A stretch of DNA of 64,000 nucleotides, from the IMG/VR virus record IMGVR_UViG_3300024239_000016, positions 113,678-177,677 of that record; one strand, 5' to 3'. Position numbers and translations under genes: made by a program. Position 1 is the first letter of the stretch, and each line of letters begins with the position of its first letter. This stretch comes from a virus. The notes below the pieces were generated by a model, which was not told the DNA's origin, ran no database searches, and saw only the letters and a list, made by a program, of their open reading frames with translations. This document shows positions 39,356-48,643 of the stretch, piece by piece.

Positions 39356-39375
39356 TCCCTGTAGCAATACAGGGA
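39356..39375 (+). terminator. GNRA-loop hairpin without U tract
   Basis: TCCCTGTA-GCAA-TACAGGGA. Confidence 0.5.
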
Positions 39376-39380
39376 AGTGT

Positions 39381-39397
39381 CATAACGGTCCGTTATG
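39381..39397 (+). promoter_or_regulatory. Inverted repeat containing putative late promoter TATG (39394-39397)
   Basis: CATAACGG-T-CCGTTATG, 26 nt upstream of the inner-head gene start. Confidence 0.45.
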
Positions 39398-39423
39398 TAG
39401 TTTCAACCTAGGAGAATCAAACC

Positions 39424-40815
39424 ATGCGTCGCGTATTTCGTGAAGCCGGGATCCTCAGTATCGAGAATGATCCCAATACCCCGCAAACTGCGGAAGCAAA
39501 TCCGGCAGATGTCCAAGCCGCTGAAGCTGGTGAAGAGCTAGCTGTCGGTGTGCTCGAGATGACTGAATCGGAAGTCGAAGGCCAAGATCGCGTCGATCAG
39601 ATCGAAGAAGGCGGCGAGATCGTCGAAGCTCTGGAATCACTGGCTGTTATGGCCCATGATGCCGTTCGCGGTCAGGGCTTCAGTCGTGAAACCGCCCAAG
39701 TGTTCGGTAACTACTTCGAACACCTGCGCACTCGTGCTCGCGATACGTCGCCCAGCAAGATGCCGTCCCTGGAATCGTTTGGTGCAACTACCTCTCGTAT
39801 TCGTGGTACCAACCTGTCGCTCGAAGAAGTCGGCGATATGCTCAAGCGTACCTGGAAGGCCATCGTCGAGAAAGTCAAGGCTGCGTTCAAGTGGGTCCGC
39901 GATCACTTCCTGAAGGTCTTCGGTAATGCCGAGCGCCTGCTGAAGCGCGCCGAAGCGCTCGAAACCAAGATCGAGAACCTCAAGGGCAAGCCCGAACAAG
40001 GTGCCAAGGTCGAGAACGAAGCCCTGGTCAAGAAGCTGTATGTCGGTCAAGAAGTCAAGGTCGACGCTTCCGCTAACCTGAATACCGTGGTCAGTGAGTT
40101 CCTGACCCACGCATTCGGTCTGACCGGCAAGCTGGAGACGGCGATCGAAGAAGGTCTCAAGTCGGCAACTGGCGGCTCTACTTTCGTTCCGAAGGACATC
40201 GGCCTTCCGACGACTGGTTTCTCCGACGCAACCGTTGCTGATTCCTACAAGGAAATCGCTCAGAACAACAACACACAAGTTGCTGGTTCTGCTGAGCTGC
40301 CTGGTGGTCAGGTTATCGTCGCTATCGCTCCGAAGGCTGGTACCCAAGGTGCCGAAGCTCTCAAGGCGCTGGCTTCGACTCGCGCTCTGATCGATACCGC
40401 CAAGGGTTCCAAGGCTCCGTCCAAGTCGGAACTTGCGACTCTGGATCGTGCGCAGATGACCAAGATCTGCAACGATATCAAGGCACTGGCTCAATCGCTG
40501 GTTCAATCCCGCAAGTCGGTTGACGATGTCAACAAGAAGCGCGAATCCCTGGAAAAGCAGCTGGACTCGTTCGCTCGCGAATTCGAGAAGGCGACCGATG
40601 CACTCAAGCCTGGTGGCACTGCTCAGAATCCGGTTGGTAACGCAGTTACCGCTGACGATCAGAAGAAGAACGCATCTGCTGCCAAGTCGCTTGCGATGAA
40701 GCTGCCGACGATCATCGACTACGGTGTCGGTTCTGTCACTGCCTACGCGATCAACACGGGCTCTGCCTACCTGGACTGGGTCGGTCACTCGATCCGCAAT
40801 TTCAAGGAAGACTAA
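39424..40815 (+). CDS. Inner head protein, phiKZ gp93/95/97-family paralog
   Basis: Acidic propeptide with SIE, ALE, SLE, SLE sites, then LKRTWKAIVEKVKAAFKWVRDHFLKVFG; ELPGG motif. Confidence 0.75.
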   Translation: MRRVFREAGILSIENDPNTPQTAEANPADVQAAEAGEELAVGVLEMTESEVEGQDRVDQIEEGGEIVEALESLAVMAHDAVRGQGFSRETAQVFGNYFEHLRTRARDTSPSKMPSLESFGATTSRIRGTNLSLEEVGDMLKRTWKAIVEKVKAAFKWVRDHFLKVFGNAERLLKRAEALETKIENLKGKPEQGAKVENEALVKKLYVGQEVKVDASANLNTVVSEFLTHAFGLTGKLETAIEEGLKSATGGSTFVPKDIGLPTTGFSDATVADSYKEIAQNNNTQVAGSAELPGGQVIVAIAPKAGTQGAEALKALASTRALIDTAKGSKAPSKSELATLDRAQMTKICNDIKALAQSLVQSRKSVDDVNKKRESLEKQLDSFAREFEKATDALKPGGTAQNPVGNAVTADDQKKNASAAKSLAMKLPTIIDYGVGSVTAYAINTGSAYLDWVGHSIRNFKED

Positions 40816-40874
40816 TTTAGTCTATCCACGAAAAAGAAACCAATCATCACTTTTTTCAAGAGAAAGAAATCATC

Positions 40875-42203
40875 ATGCGTAAATTTCTGAATCCCAGCTT
40901 CGAATCTGCCGCTTTTGCTGGCATCGGCAATCTCTCCCTCGAGGAAGAGGAACTGATCGCCGCCGAACTGCCTGCTGAAGAAGTCACCATCCAGGGCGAA
41001 ATCAAGGAAGCCGAGCGCATGCTCGAAGTTTCCGATGCTCTGGAAGATCTGGCCGTCATCGCCGACAACATTCCCGAAGCCAGCACCACCGATGTGCAGC
41101 TGGTCGAAACCGCTGTTGCTGTGGCTGCTGGTCCGGAAGTCGAAGTCGAAGAAATCGTGCCGGCTCTCGAATCCTACATCGGTCGCAAGATTTCGACCGA
41201 AGGCCTGGTCGAAGCTGCCCGCAATATCTGGGAAAGCATCAAGGCCTGGCTGAACAAGATGTGGAAGCAAGTCAAGGACTTCTTCTACAAGATCTTCGGT
41301 CAGATCCCGAGCCTGCGCCGCAAACTCGACGCAATGAAGAAGCGCGTCGAAGACTACGCCGGCTACAAGAAGGAAGAGAACAACGTCACGATCTCTTCTG
41401 GCGTCAAGTACCTCTCGATCAACGGCTCTGCTGTCAAGAACATTTCGGCATTCAATACCGCTCTGGGCGAGTGGACCACCGTTGCCGAAAACATCGCCGA
41501 TGTCAGCTCTGCTGTGGATTCGTTCTCGACTGCCGCTACTGACGCAATCAACGACTTCGATGTTGCCAATCCGCAAGCCACGAAAACTGCTGATCTGCTG
41601 AACGCCACCAAGGCGGTCACGAAGCCGTTCTCTGGTTCGAAGCCGTCGACTGTCGAAGAAACCTACGACAGCAAGGACTTCGAGATCAAGTACTCGGCGT
41701 CGCTGCTCGGTAACATCGTTTACCAGGCCGTCAATCCGAAGCAGGCTCAGACCAGTCTTCTGGGCAATCTGGAATCGATCCGCCGTTCGCGCATCAACCC
41801 GGTCTCGACCATCGGCAAGAACAAGGACGCCGATAGCGAAGTCGAATTCACCACTGCCGGCCTGGGCGAGCTGACCAAGGCTCTGGAACAGTGCGAGAAG
41901 ATCCTCGACGCTGTCGAGAAGGCCAAGCGTGGCACCGGTGTCGAGAAGGCCGAGAAGGCTCGCGACAAGCTGAAGCAAGCTTGTGACAAGGCTGACGGCC
42001 GTTACCAGAAGGCTCTGAAGGACGAAAAGGCCAGCGGTAACAAGGATGGCCTGGCTGTGTTCAAGTCGCTGCTGACCCTGAACATGACGGTCTCCAACCT
42101 GTTCTTCTCGCCGACCACCAGCATCTCGACCAACTCTCTGTCGGCCGTTCGTGCTACCCTGGCGCTGGTCGCCAAGAACCTGACCGCCTACAAGAAGGCC
42201 TAA
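40875..42203 (+). CDS. Inner head protein, phiKZ gp93/95/97-family paralog
   Basis: SFE, SLE, ALE, STE sites, then IWESIKAWLNKMWKQVKDFFYKIFG; ASLLGN motif. Confidence 0.75.
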   Translation: MRKFLNPSFESAAFAGIGNLSLEEEELIAAELPAEEVTIQGEIKEAERMLEVSDALEDLAVIADNIPEASTTDVQLVETAVAVAAGPEVEVEEIVPALESYIGRKISTEGLVEAARNIWESIKAWLNKMWKQVKDFFYKIFGQIPSLRRKLDAMKKRVEDYAGYKKEENNVTISSGVKYLSINGSAVKNISAFNTALGEWTTVAENIADVSSAVDSFSTAATDAINDFDVANPQATKTADLLNATKAVTKPFSGSKPSTVEETYDSKDFEIKYSASLLGNIVYQAVNPKQAQTSLLGNLESIRRSRINPVSTIGKNKDADSEVEFTTAGLGELTKALEQCEKILDAVEKAKRGTGVEKAEKARDKLKQACDKADGRYQKALKDEKASGNKDGLAVFKSLLTLNMTVSNLFFSPTTSISTNSLSAVRATLALVAKNLTAYKKA

Positions 42204-42254
42204 GGTTCGGTCTAGGTAACGGCCACAAGCTGTTACTCAAACCGTAGTGGAATC

Positions 42255-42294
42255 GATGACAGGGGCAATTGCCCCTGTCATCTTTTCTCTTTTT
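42255..42294 (+). terminator. Intrinsic terminator (28-bp perfect palindrome plus T tract)
   Basis: GATGACAGGGGCAATTGCCCCTGTCATC followed by TTTT. Confidence 0.85.
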
Positions 42295-42321
42295 AATTTG
42301 TTTCTATCTCAGAGTGAAACT

Positions 42322-43179
42322 ATGTCTAACGCAGAAGAAAGCGCACTAGCATTACAACTCGAGATAGGGAGTGATCTGGAAACGGAAAATATTTCATTTC
42401 CTACTTGTCTTGTTTTGAATTGTAAAATAAGGCAATTGATAGAAAGTGAGAACTGCTCCGTAAGAGAGCTAGCCAGTTTGATCACCACTGATCCTCTCAT
42501 CACTGCTAAGTTGTTGAGTGTGGCCAATTCCAGAAGGGCATCTCGATTAGATCCAAGAATCAGTAGTATTAAAGCCGCTATTGAAATGATTGGATTCCAT
42601 GACACGCATGCGATTGTTTTTGTCATCGCCATGCAACAGTTTACTAAAGACCAAAGAACTTTTAGAGCGCGACGCTTAGCCAATGAGTTATGGTTAGCTT
42701 CTACTAACTCCAGTTGTTGGGCGTTCGCTATTGCAGAACATCAGCGCATTTGCGATCCAGCTAATGCGATGTCATGCAGCATCATGTCAACTATAGGACA
42801 GTATATCCTGATTGGTTATCTGGATAAATACCCTGAAATTTTGGCAGACGGTCAGATAATGCGTAAAATAGCTTTAACGCTAACGCCAATTATCGCCAGG
42901 AAAACACTGAATATATTGAAAGTGGATAGTAGGGACATTCCTACGCTGGATGATTACACAGTCGAAAAGTTAAAGCCAATTGATACGCTAAAGAAAGCGG
43001 TTATATTCGGTGATCTGATGAATTTCTATCCGCATCCGTTTATTGAAGATTTCTTAGCGATTAAGCGCTTTGAGTTAGAGTTGGGGGGTAGAGCTGATAT
43101 TAAGCAATACTTCCAAAATTTAGAGAATGACGTCATGCGTAGAAAGCAAGAACTGTTTCATTCTGTTGTGGAGTTATAG
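42322..43179 (+). CDS. HDOD-domain protein (HD-related signal output domain), HD motif absent
   Basis: FPT.L....KIRQLIE..N.SV.ELA.LI..DPLITAKLLSVANS...ISSIKAAI.MIG...LW..S...WAFAIA matches the HDOD layout; GLLHDIG is replaced by SIMSTIG. Confidence 0.85.
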   Translation: MSNAEESALALQLEIGSDLETENISFPTCLVLNCKIRQLIESENCSVRELASLITTDPLITAKLLSVANSRRASRLDPRISSIKAAIEMIGFHDTHAIVFVIAMQQFTKDQRTFRARRLANELWLASTNSSCWAFAIAEHQRICDPANAMSCSIMSTIGQYILIGYLDKYPEILADGQIMRKIALTLTPIIARKTLNILKVDSRDIPTLDDYTVEKLKPIDTLKKAVIFGDLMNFYPHPFIEDFLAIKRFELELGGRADIKQYFQNLENDVMRRKQELFHSVVEL

Positions 43180-43181
43180 AT

Positions 43182-43212
43182 ATCAATTCCCCGGCATTGC
43201 CGGGGAATTGAT
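43182..43212. terminator. Hairpin terminator
   Basis: ATCAATTCCCCGGC-ATT-GCCGGGGAATTGAT. Confidence 0.75.
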
Positions 43213-43227
43213 TATATTGTGCGCTCA

Positions 43228-43234
43228 TTCTATG
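43228..43234 (+). promoter_or_regulatory. Putative late promoter (TTCTATG)
   Basis: TATG core 25 nt upstream of the GTG start of the neck operon. Confidence 0.5.
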
Positions 43235-43259
43235 ACTTTGTATTCTAAGGGAGATTGCT

Positions 43260-44792
43260 GTGCCAATCATCTATACACCGATCCCTTCGATCTATAACAG
43301 CTTTCATCGCCCTAGTGTTATCTCGATCGTAGATCAGCTGAAAAATGAATTAGGTCTGGATCCAAAAACTAGACTGAATTACCCGGATAGCGACAATGTC
43401 AGCATTCAGACAGGTTCGGCTATCGACTCGTCAAATGAACCAAACTTTGGAGTCAATGAGAAAGTCTCCATTAGTGTTGATGAGTTTACGAATCGCCAAA
43501 ACTTAGCGGCGAATCCTCACCTAAGACCCGGTAATCGTTTCATTATGCGTGATGAGGCACTACAGGTATTTCTACGTACTGCTTACGTCATGAAGGACGT
43601 GGTGATCACGGTGCGCTATAGAGCGCCAGATCGTGTCCGGGCTCGCCGCATTCGTGACGACTTGGAAGCTAGGATGTCTATGATCAAAGATGTCCTCATC
43701 CACAAGATCCAATATTCTTACCAGATTCCAGCTATTTTCATGGATCGGTTAAAGAGCATATTTGAGCTACGTGAAAAACAAGCCGGGTACGGAGAAACAT
43801 TCGACGAATGGTTGCAGAATCACTCGCTTCCGTCGCTTACTCAGCTGACGAACACTGGCGATAAGGTGGGCTATTATTCGTTCTCTGAAACTAGTGTTCG
43901 TATTCAGGGTAGTTTCGATTACGATACAGTGCCAGAGAATCCAGAAAAAGAAGGCGATATGACTCCTCACATTGTGGAGTTCAATTATCGCTTGACCTGG
44001 AATGCTCCGCAAGGTATGGAGATAGCTTACCCGATCATGATCCATAATCAGATCATGCCGACCAAGTTTATCAACATGGATCAAATCAAACCACCGGAAG
44101 ATATCCACGATATCACTGGTTCGGTCACCGATGTCAGCTTGAGCTATTTTGAGAACACTGAAGGCTCGATGCGACTCTACCCACCGCCTGGTATCCATCT
44201 ACCGACTCAAGACGAATGGCGGCCCTTTAGCGTGCCTGTGAGCACGTTACGATTGGTTAGCATGTTAGTTAAACTGTCATCGGATGATCTGAGAAAGATA
44301 AGTCGCTTAGATCAGCTAGGCAGTAAGTACTACTTGCACGATGCGATACTTGAGTTCCTCATTCAAGAGGCTCCTTATCTTCATATTCCTGGCATGTCTG
44401 TTTTCAATGTCAGTATCTACGACGATACCACCCCTGTCAGTTTTGAAAAATTCAGTGTAAATGATGAGCTCGAAGTTATTCTGAATGAAGATGCTGATCT
44501 AAGGCGAATCTACCGAGTTCGTCTGAGTGTCTATTCTGACTTTACTCTCATTCAGCCAACTGCACGTGCTCGTTTGGCGGCTAATCCAGAAGTGTTGGAT
44601 CTGGTACTAAGGGCCATAGGCTGGAATGGGTTTGAGTATCAGCGTAATAATGGCGGTGTGCCAAAGAGTGAAATGGACCGACTCGCTAAAGAACAACACA
44701 CTGTGAGAATCGGCCGTGAACTACGCGGAATCCAGACACCTAAAACTGTCATGACACTAATGGTCCAAGCTCGAAGGAAAGAACATGTCTAA
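43260..44792 (+). CDS. Virion structural protein (phiKZ gp98 position; tail-terminator-like fold possible)
   Basis: 510 aa, GTG start with AAGGGAG RBS; synteny. Confidence 0.6.
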   Translation: MPIIYTPIPSIYNSFHRPSVISIVDQLKNELGLDPKTRLNYPDSDNVSIQTGSAIDSSNEPNFGVNEKVSISVDEFTNRQNLAANPHLRPGNRFIMRDEALQVFLRTAYVMKDVVITVRYRAPDRVRARRIRDDLEARMSMIKDVLIHKIQYSYQIPAIFMDRLKSIFELREKQAGYGETFDEWLQNHSLPSLTQLTNTGDKVGYYSFSETSVRIQGSFDYDTVPENPEKEGDMTPHIVEFNYRLTWNAPQGMEIAYPIMIHNQIMPTKFINMDQIKPPEDIHDITGSVTDVSLSYFENTEGSMRLYPPPGIHLPTQDEWRPFSVPVSTLRLVSMLVKLSSDDLRKISRLDQLGSKYYLHDAILEFLIQEAPYLHIPGMSVFNVSIYDDTTPVSFEKFSVNDELEVILNEDADLRRIYRVRLSVYSDFTLIQPTARARLAANPEVLDLVLRAIGWNGFEYQRNNGGVPKSEMDRLAKEQHTVRIGRELRGIQTPKTVMTLMVQARRKEHV

Positions 44793-46356
44793 CATTGTTG
44801 AAATCGACCCGGATGAACCAATCAAGGAACCAACGCCTCCATTGGTTCATCAGCCTCCGGTTTACAAAGGCAGTACTCACGATATCAAGTTTACCTCACA
44901 TGCGAGCATCATAACTCACATCGCAGGTCGCCAGCTCTTTGTTGATTACTATCAACAGATCAAGGGCCAGAATGACGCTAACCAAGGTTTAGCACTTGAT
45001 GAGTTGGCTCTATATCAGCAGTATCGTCTAATCAAGAACTTTGAGATCAAGGTTCAGTCTCCGTTCTCGTCGAGTCAAGACCCTGACTCTAAAGAATTCG
45101 AAACAGTTGCATCTGCTGTGCTCTTTCCGACTGGTGTAATTCCGGACAAGGGCGATATGATGGTTTTCTCTAATGGTGATGGTGTTTATTGCGTCTGCGA
45201 GATAACTAGTTCTATTCGCAATGAGTTCTTTAAGGAATCGACATATCAGATCCACTATCGTCTAACTCGCGTCCTTACTAAAACGGAATTCGATAACCTC
45301 AAACTGAAGGTCGTAGAGACATATGTTTACGATCGGAACTTCCTGACCTCTGGACGCAATCCAGTAATCCAGACAAGTGATTTTGATATCCTGAGATCGC
45401 TACAGCAGTTTGTTACAGAAGCTGGGCGCTTGTACTATGCTCAGTTTTTCAGTCAAGAGTATCTGACTCTAGTTGCACCGAGTCAGGGAACTCCCATCTA
45501 CGATCCATTTTTGATGAAGTTCCTTCCGTATATCTTTGATACGGACTCAGCTCCTGAAGTTAGGTTTGTTCGCCAGCTAAATCACGATGGCGATAATAAT
45601 TTACAGACAAAAACGATCTGGGATGTGCTACTCCAGCAGGACATAAACCTCCTGCCATTCATCTCTACTCAGTATTGCTTGGTAAATGCCAAAACCTTTA
45701 CCAAACACCCTCAATTTACATCGCTGTATCACAGTGGCATGAAGCGGATTGTTTATCCGATCGATCCGCGCTCTAACTACACTCACATGCGTCCTCCTCC
45801 TGTGAAGACGCCATCGAGTGATCAGCTGATCCATGCTCCAGCAAATATGAATTGTGCTGGTAAATCAACGATGCCGCCAAGCGACTATGACCAATTGATC
45901 GGTCTGGATATGCCTGCTAACTATGAGGCCGCTAAGAACAATGCATGGGATTGGGACGGCGATGGATCTGTAGATGATCCAACAATGTTTGATTTTGATC
46001 AGAACCTGAACACAGCCAACATGCCCGAGTTTTATTACAATGGCACTGGCGGTGAGTTACCGGATGAGTTTGGTACTCCTTTAGAGAATCTGGCATTACC
46101 CGTCATGATTCATCCATACACTCGCGACTCCCATTATCTCTTTTCAGAGTTTTTCTATTGTAAAGAGAAATTGATTGACCTAGATCAAGTTTCGATTTTG
46201 GAACAGATGACCACTCGCATGCTGATGAAGCAGAGTGTGGGAATCAATGATCTAATGGAAGCGATCAAACAGTTTCGTGGGTGGGATGCTCTGGAAAAGT
46301 TCTACTACATCCCTGTTTTGGTGCTGCTGGCCAAATACACAATTGAAACATACTGA
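44785..46356 (+). CDS. Virion neck/head-closure-like protein (phiKZ gp99 position)
   Basis: VDYYQQ...IPDKGDMMVF beta-barrel motif reminiscent of T4 gp14-type connectors. Confidence 0.6.
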   Translation: MSNIVEIDPDEPIKEPTPPLVHQPPVYKGSTHDIKFTSHASIITHIAGRQLFVDYYQQIKGQNDANQGLALDELALYQQYRLIKNFEIKVQSPFSSSQDPDSKEFETVASAVLFPTGVIPDKGDMMVFSNGDGVYCVCEITSSIRNEFFKESTYQIHYRLTRVLTKTEFDNLKLKVVETYVYDRNFLTSGRNPVIQTSDFDILRSLQQFVTEAGRLYYAQFFSQEYLTLVAPSQGTPIYDPFLMKFLPYIFDTDSAPEVRFVRQLNHDGDNNLQTKTIWDVLLQQDINLLPFISTQYCLVNAKTFTKHPQFTSLYHSGMKRIVYPIDPRSNYTHMRPPPVKTPSSDQLIHAPANMNCAGKSTMPPSDYDQLIGLDMPANYEAAKNNAWDWDGDGSVDDPTMFDFDQNLNTANMPEFYYNGTGGELPDEFGTPLENLALPVMIHPYTRDSHYLFSEFFYCKEKLIDLDQVSILEQMTTRMLMKQSVGINDLMEAIKQFRGWDALEKFYYIPVLVLLAKYTIETY

Positions 46357-46364
46357 TGAAATCG

Positions 46365-46397
46365 CTCTCGCCCAATTGGGCGAGAGTTGTTTCTTTG
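46365..46397 (+). terminator. Intrinsic terminator
   Basis: CTCTCGCCCAATTGGGCGAGAG palindrome followed by TTGTTTCTTT. Confidence 0.65.
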
Positions 46398-46406
46398 AGG
46401 TGATTT

Positions 46407-47081
46407 ATGGCTATGAAATACCCGCCGGTAGATCCTAACATCAATAGCGCGGTTTATATCTGGGAATACCAGTTTTACGCTAACGTTCCGGGAATCTCTT
46501 TGGATTCTGAAGAATACATCCGCAGGGTTGGGGTCCCCATGTCTGGCATTAAGAAGCTAGATGACCAGTTGCAATTCGCCTATAGGCAAACATATTTGAA
46601 TCTGGCCAAGCTAGCCGAAATCGTGGCAGATGGCTATGTGATCAGTGTTCGCAATAACGATACAAAAATCATTTACGATTACATCAAGCACCACCTGATC
46701 CGCTGCACTGGTCGATTAAGTGTCGAGTTAGTTCCAGATGAAAAGTTGGTTGAGGATTTGTTTAAACTAGATGCTCTTTCTGCGATAGTCTATCCTCACG
46801 CGTCTCCGTTCTTCGATGGTTATGGTAGCGCTAGTCAGTTTATGCGCAGCATCAAGCAGATCTCCAACAACGCCATTGGAACTATTCTTAAGCCATTCGA
46901 TCCTAAGCTTAGCTCGACTAAGAAGCCGACCAAACATGATTTGTTACTTAAGGCCGATAACGCTGATGTTGAGGATACGACGACTCCTCTGCCCGATTTG
47001 ATGAAGGGTCATAACTCCGTGTCGGATGAGCTCAGAGCCATCCTTGATCGTGGATTTGACTTCATGCATCGCGGAGATTAA
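46407..47081 (+). CDS. Conserved hypothetical protein (phiKZ gp100 position)
   Basis: 224 aa, GAGGTG RBS. Confidence 0.6.
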   Translation: MAMKYPPVDPNINSAVYIWEYQFYANVPGISLDSEEYIRRVGVPMSGIKKLDDQLQFAYRQTYLNLAKLAEIVADGYVISVRNNDTKIIYDYIKHHLIRCTGRLSVELVPDEKLVEDLFKLDALSAIVYPHASPFFDGYGSASQFMRSIKQISNNAIGTILKPFDPKLSSTKKPTKHDLLLKADNADVEDTTTPLPDLMKGHNSVSDELRAILDRGFDFMHRGD

Positions 47082-47084
47082 ATT

Positions 47085-48443
47085 ATGGATTTTGTAAAAT
47101 CAGCTCTGTATCTTGAGGTACAGAATGTCGTAAGATCAGGCCGTGAGCCAACGGGTGTGCAGGTGGATGTTGAATTCCATCTTAGCAACACAGAGATCTT
47201 TAAGCCTCTGGTCTTTTTGAGCAGAGACATTGACCAGAATTTTGTTCTTAATTATGGGGATATTGTTTTTATAACAGTCCTCATGACCAAGGCGGATTAC
47301 GCGTACAAGATCTATCCTAATCGGACTAATCTATACGTGACTCTCACTGATAGAGCGGTTGGTATCATAGACAGATCGCCGATTGCTAGCGCGTATGGTT
47401 TTTCAGAGAAGTACAAAGCAATTCTCCTAGATGAGAATGGAAACCCAATTGTAGAGCACGACGGAAGAAACTCTCCAGACGAAGTACAGCTGGAGGCGAG
47501 CGGGTTCGTTGAAGTGACTTTTCAGTTATTAAGCGAAGCTTTAAATCTTTTACGAATGTTTTCAGCTAGCAAAACTTATCACAACGTAAGCGGGGACAAG
47601 ATCCTAAAGACGGTATTTTCGAGTATCTTTGATAAACTGCCAATAGATGATGCTGTCAGGCCTTATGGCGTCGATGTAGTTCCTATCGATAACAGAGAGG
47701 TCTATAGACAGATAGTCGTTCCGCAGCAGATAATGCTACCCAATTTGGCCGATTACTTGCAGAATAAAGCCGGCGGTCTCTACTCATCGGGTTTGGGTAA
47801 TTATTATTTGCGGCGACATTGGCGCATCTTCCCTATCTTCAATACCGATCGACAGGAAGAAACCGATGAGAGTATCACTCTTGTCTTAGTTCCGGAAAAA
47901 TTAATTCCAGGTATTGAGAAAACATATATACGCTCAGGTAAGCACACCACCATTCTCGCTACTGGTGATGTAAAATTCAGCGATGAATCCGACAAGATTC
48001 AGTTAAATTCAGGTAATGCTGTTCGTTTTGCAGATGCTAATAATTTTATCGACGGCCGTATGTCGGTAGATAATAATAAGGCCCTATATAAACGCAATCT
48101 GATAGCCAGCGAAGTGGTTACAGCTACACGTGGTGATCGTTTAAACCTAGCCCCGTTTGTAGGAATTACGGCAAATCCTTTTGCCGAGTACTCTAAAATG
48201 GCACAGCGAGATGGCGCCATTGTTGCTCTCAAATGGGAGTACTCAAATATAGCCATCCTGAAACCAGGGATGGTCGTCAAGCTCATGTATCTGGATGGAG
48301 ATAACATTCGTACCCTGAATGGATGTCTGATAGGTGCTCAGCATAACACCTATACCAAAGATAAAGGCGCAACCAACACATCGCGCTTTCACACAAACTC
48401 GGCATTAGCGGTTTTTGTTAACCGGCGTAAAGCGTATCTATAA
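47085..48443 (+). CDS. Baseplate hub protein (T4 gp27-like, phiKZ gp101-like)
   Basis: 452 aa; YLQNKAGGLYSSGLGNYY, WRIFP, ILKPGMVVK motifs; synteny. Confidence 0.65.
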   Translation: MDFVKSALYLEVQNVVRSGREPTGVQVDVEFHLSNTEIFKPLVFLSRDIDQNFVLNYGDIVFITVLMTKADYAYKIYPNRTNLYVTLTDRAVGIIDRSPIASAYGFSEKYKAILLDENGNPIVEHDGRNSPDEVQLEASGFVEVTFQLLSEALNLLRMFSASKTYHNVSGDKILKTVFSSIFDKLPIDDAVRPYGVDVVPIDNREVYRQIVVPQQIMLPNLADYLQNKAGGLYSSGLGNYYLRRHWRIFPIFNTDRQEETDESITLVLVPEKLIPGIEKTYIRSGKHTTILATGDVKFSDESDKIQLNSGNAVRFADANNFIDGRMSVDNNKALYKRNLIASEVVTATRGDRLNLAPFVGITANPFAEYSKMAQRDGAIVALKWEYSNIAILKPGMVVKLMYLDGDNIRTLNGCLIGAQHNTYTKDKGATNTSRFHTNSALAVFVNRRKAYL

Positions 48444-48454
48444 TCGTGTGTTAA

Positions 48455-48477
48455 AGAAGATTATAGATATATATTTC
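48455..48477 (+). promoter_or_regulatory. Probable early promoter variant TATATTTC (48470-48477)
   Basis: One mismatch to TATATTAC, in AT-rich context ahead of an accessory cassette. Confidence 0.45.
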
Positions 48478-48505
48478 TTTTGTGGTGTCAATTGAAGGAG
48501 AAATC

Positions 48506-48607
48506 ATGATCACACTAAAGAATTTAAAAGAGTCCCTCAATCTCTGGATTCAAGTAGCCGTCGTTTACTTACTCCATGGGGCTGTAACGCAGTATCTCGG
48601 TAACTGA
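48506..48607 (+). CDS. 33-aa small hydrophobic peptide (not in the ORF track)
   Basis: GAAGGAG RBS with normal spacing; MITLKNLKESLNLWIQVAVVYLLHGAVTQYLGN. Confidence 0.6.
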   Translation: MITLKNLKESLNLWIQVAVVYLLHGAVTQYLGN

Positions 48608-48611
48608 GGAT

Positions 48612-48637
48612 ATCTCCTGGCCGATCGGCCAGGAGAT
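48612..48637. promoter_or_regulatory. 26-bp perfect palindrome sequestering the downstream RBS
   Basis: ATCTCCTGGCCGATCGGCCAGGAGAT; the 3' arm contains AGGAG, the SD of the ATG at 48644; no U tract. Confidence 0.65.
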
Positions 48638-48643
48638 TAAATT

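Noticed and set aside
39637-41978. 383-aa and 388-aa minus-strand ORFs
   Set aside because: Antisense shadows of the two GC-rich inner-head genes
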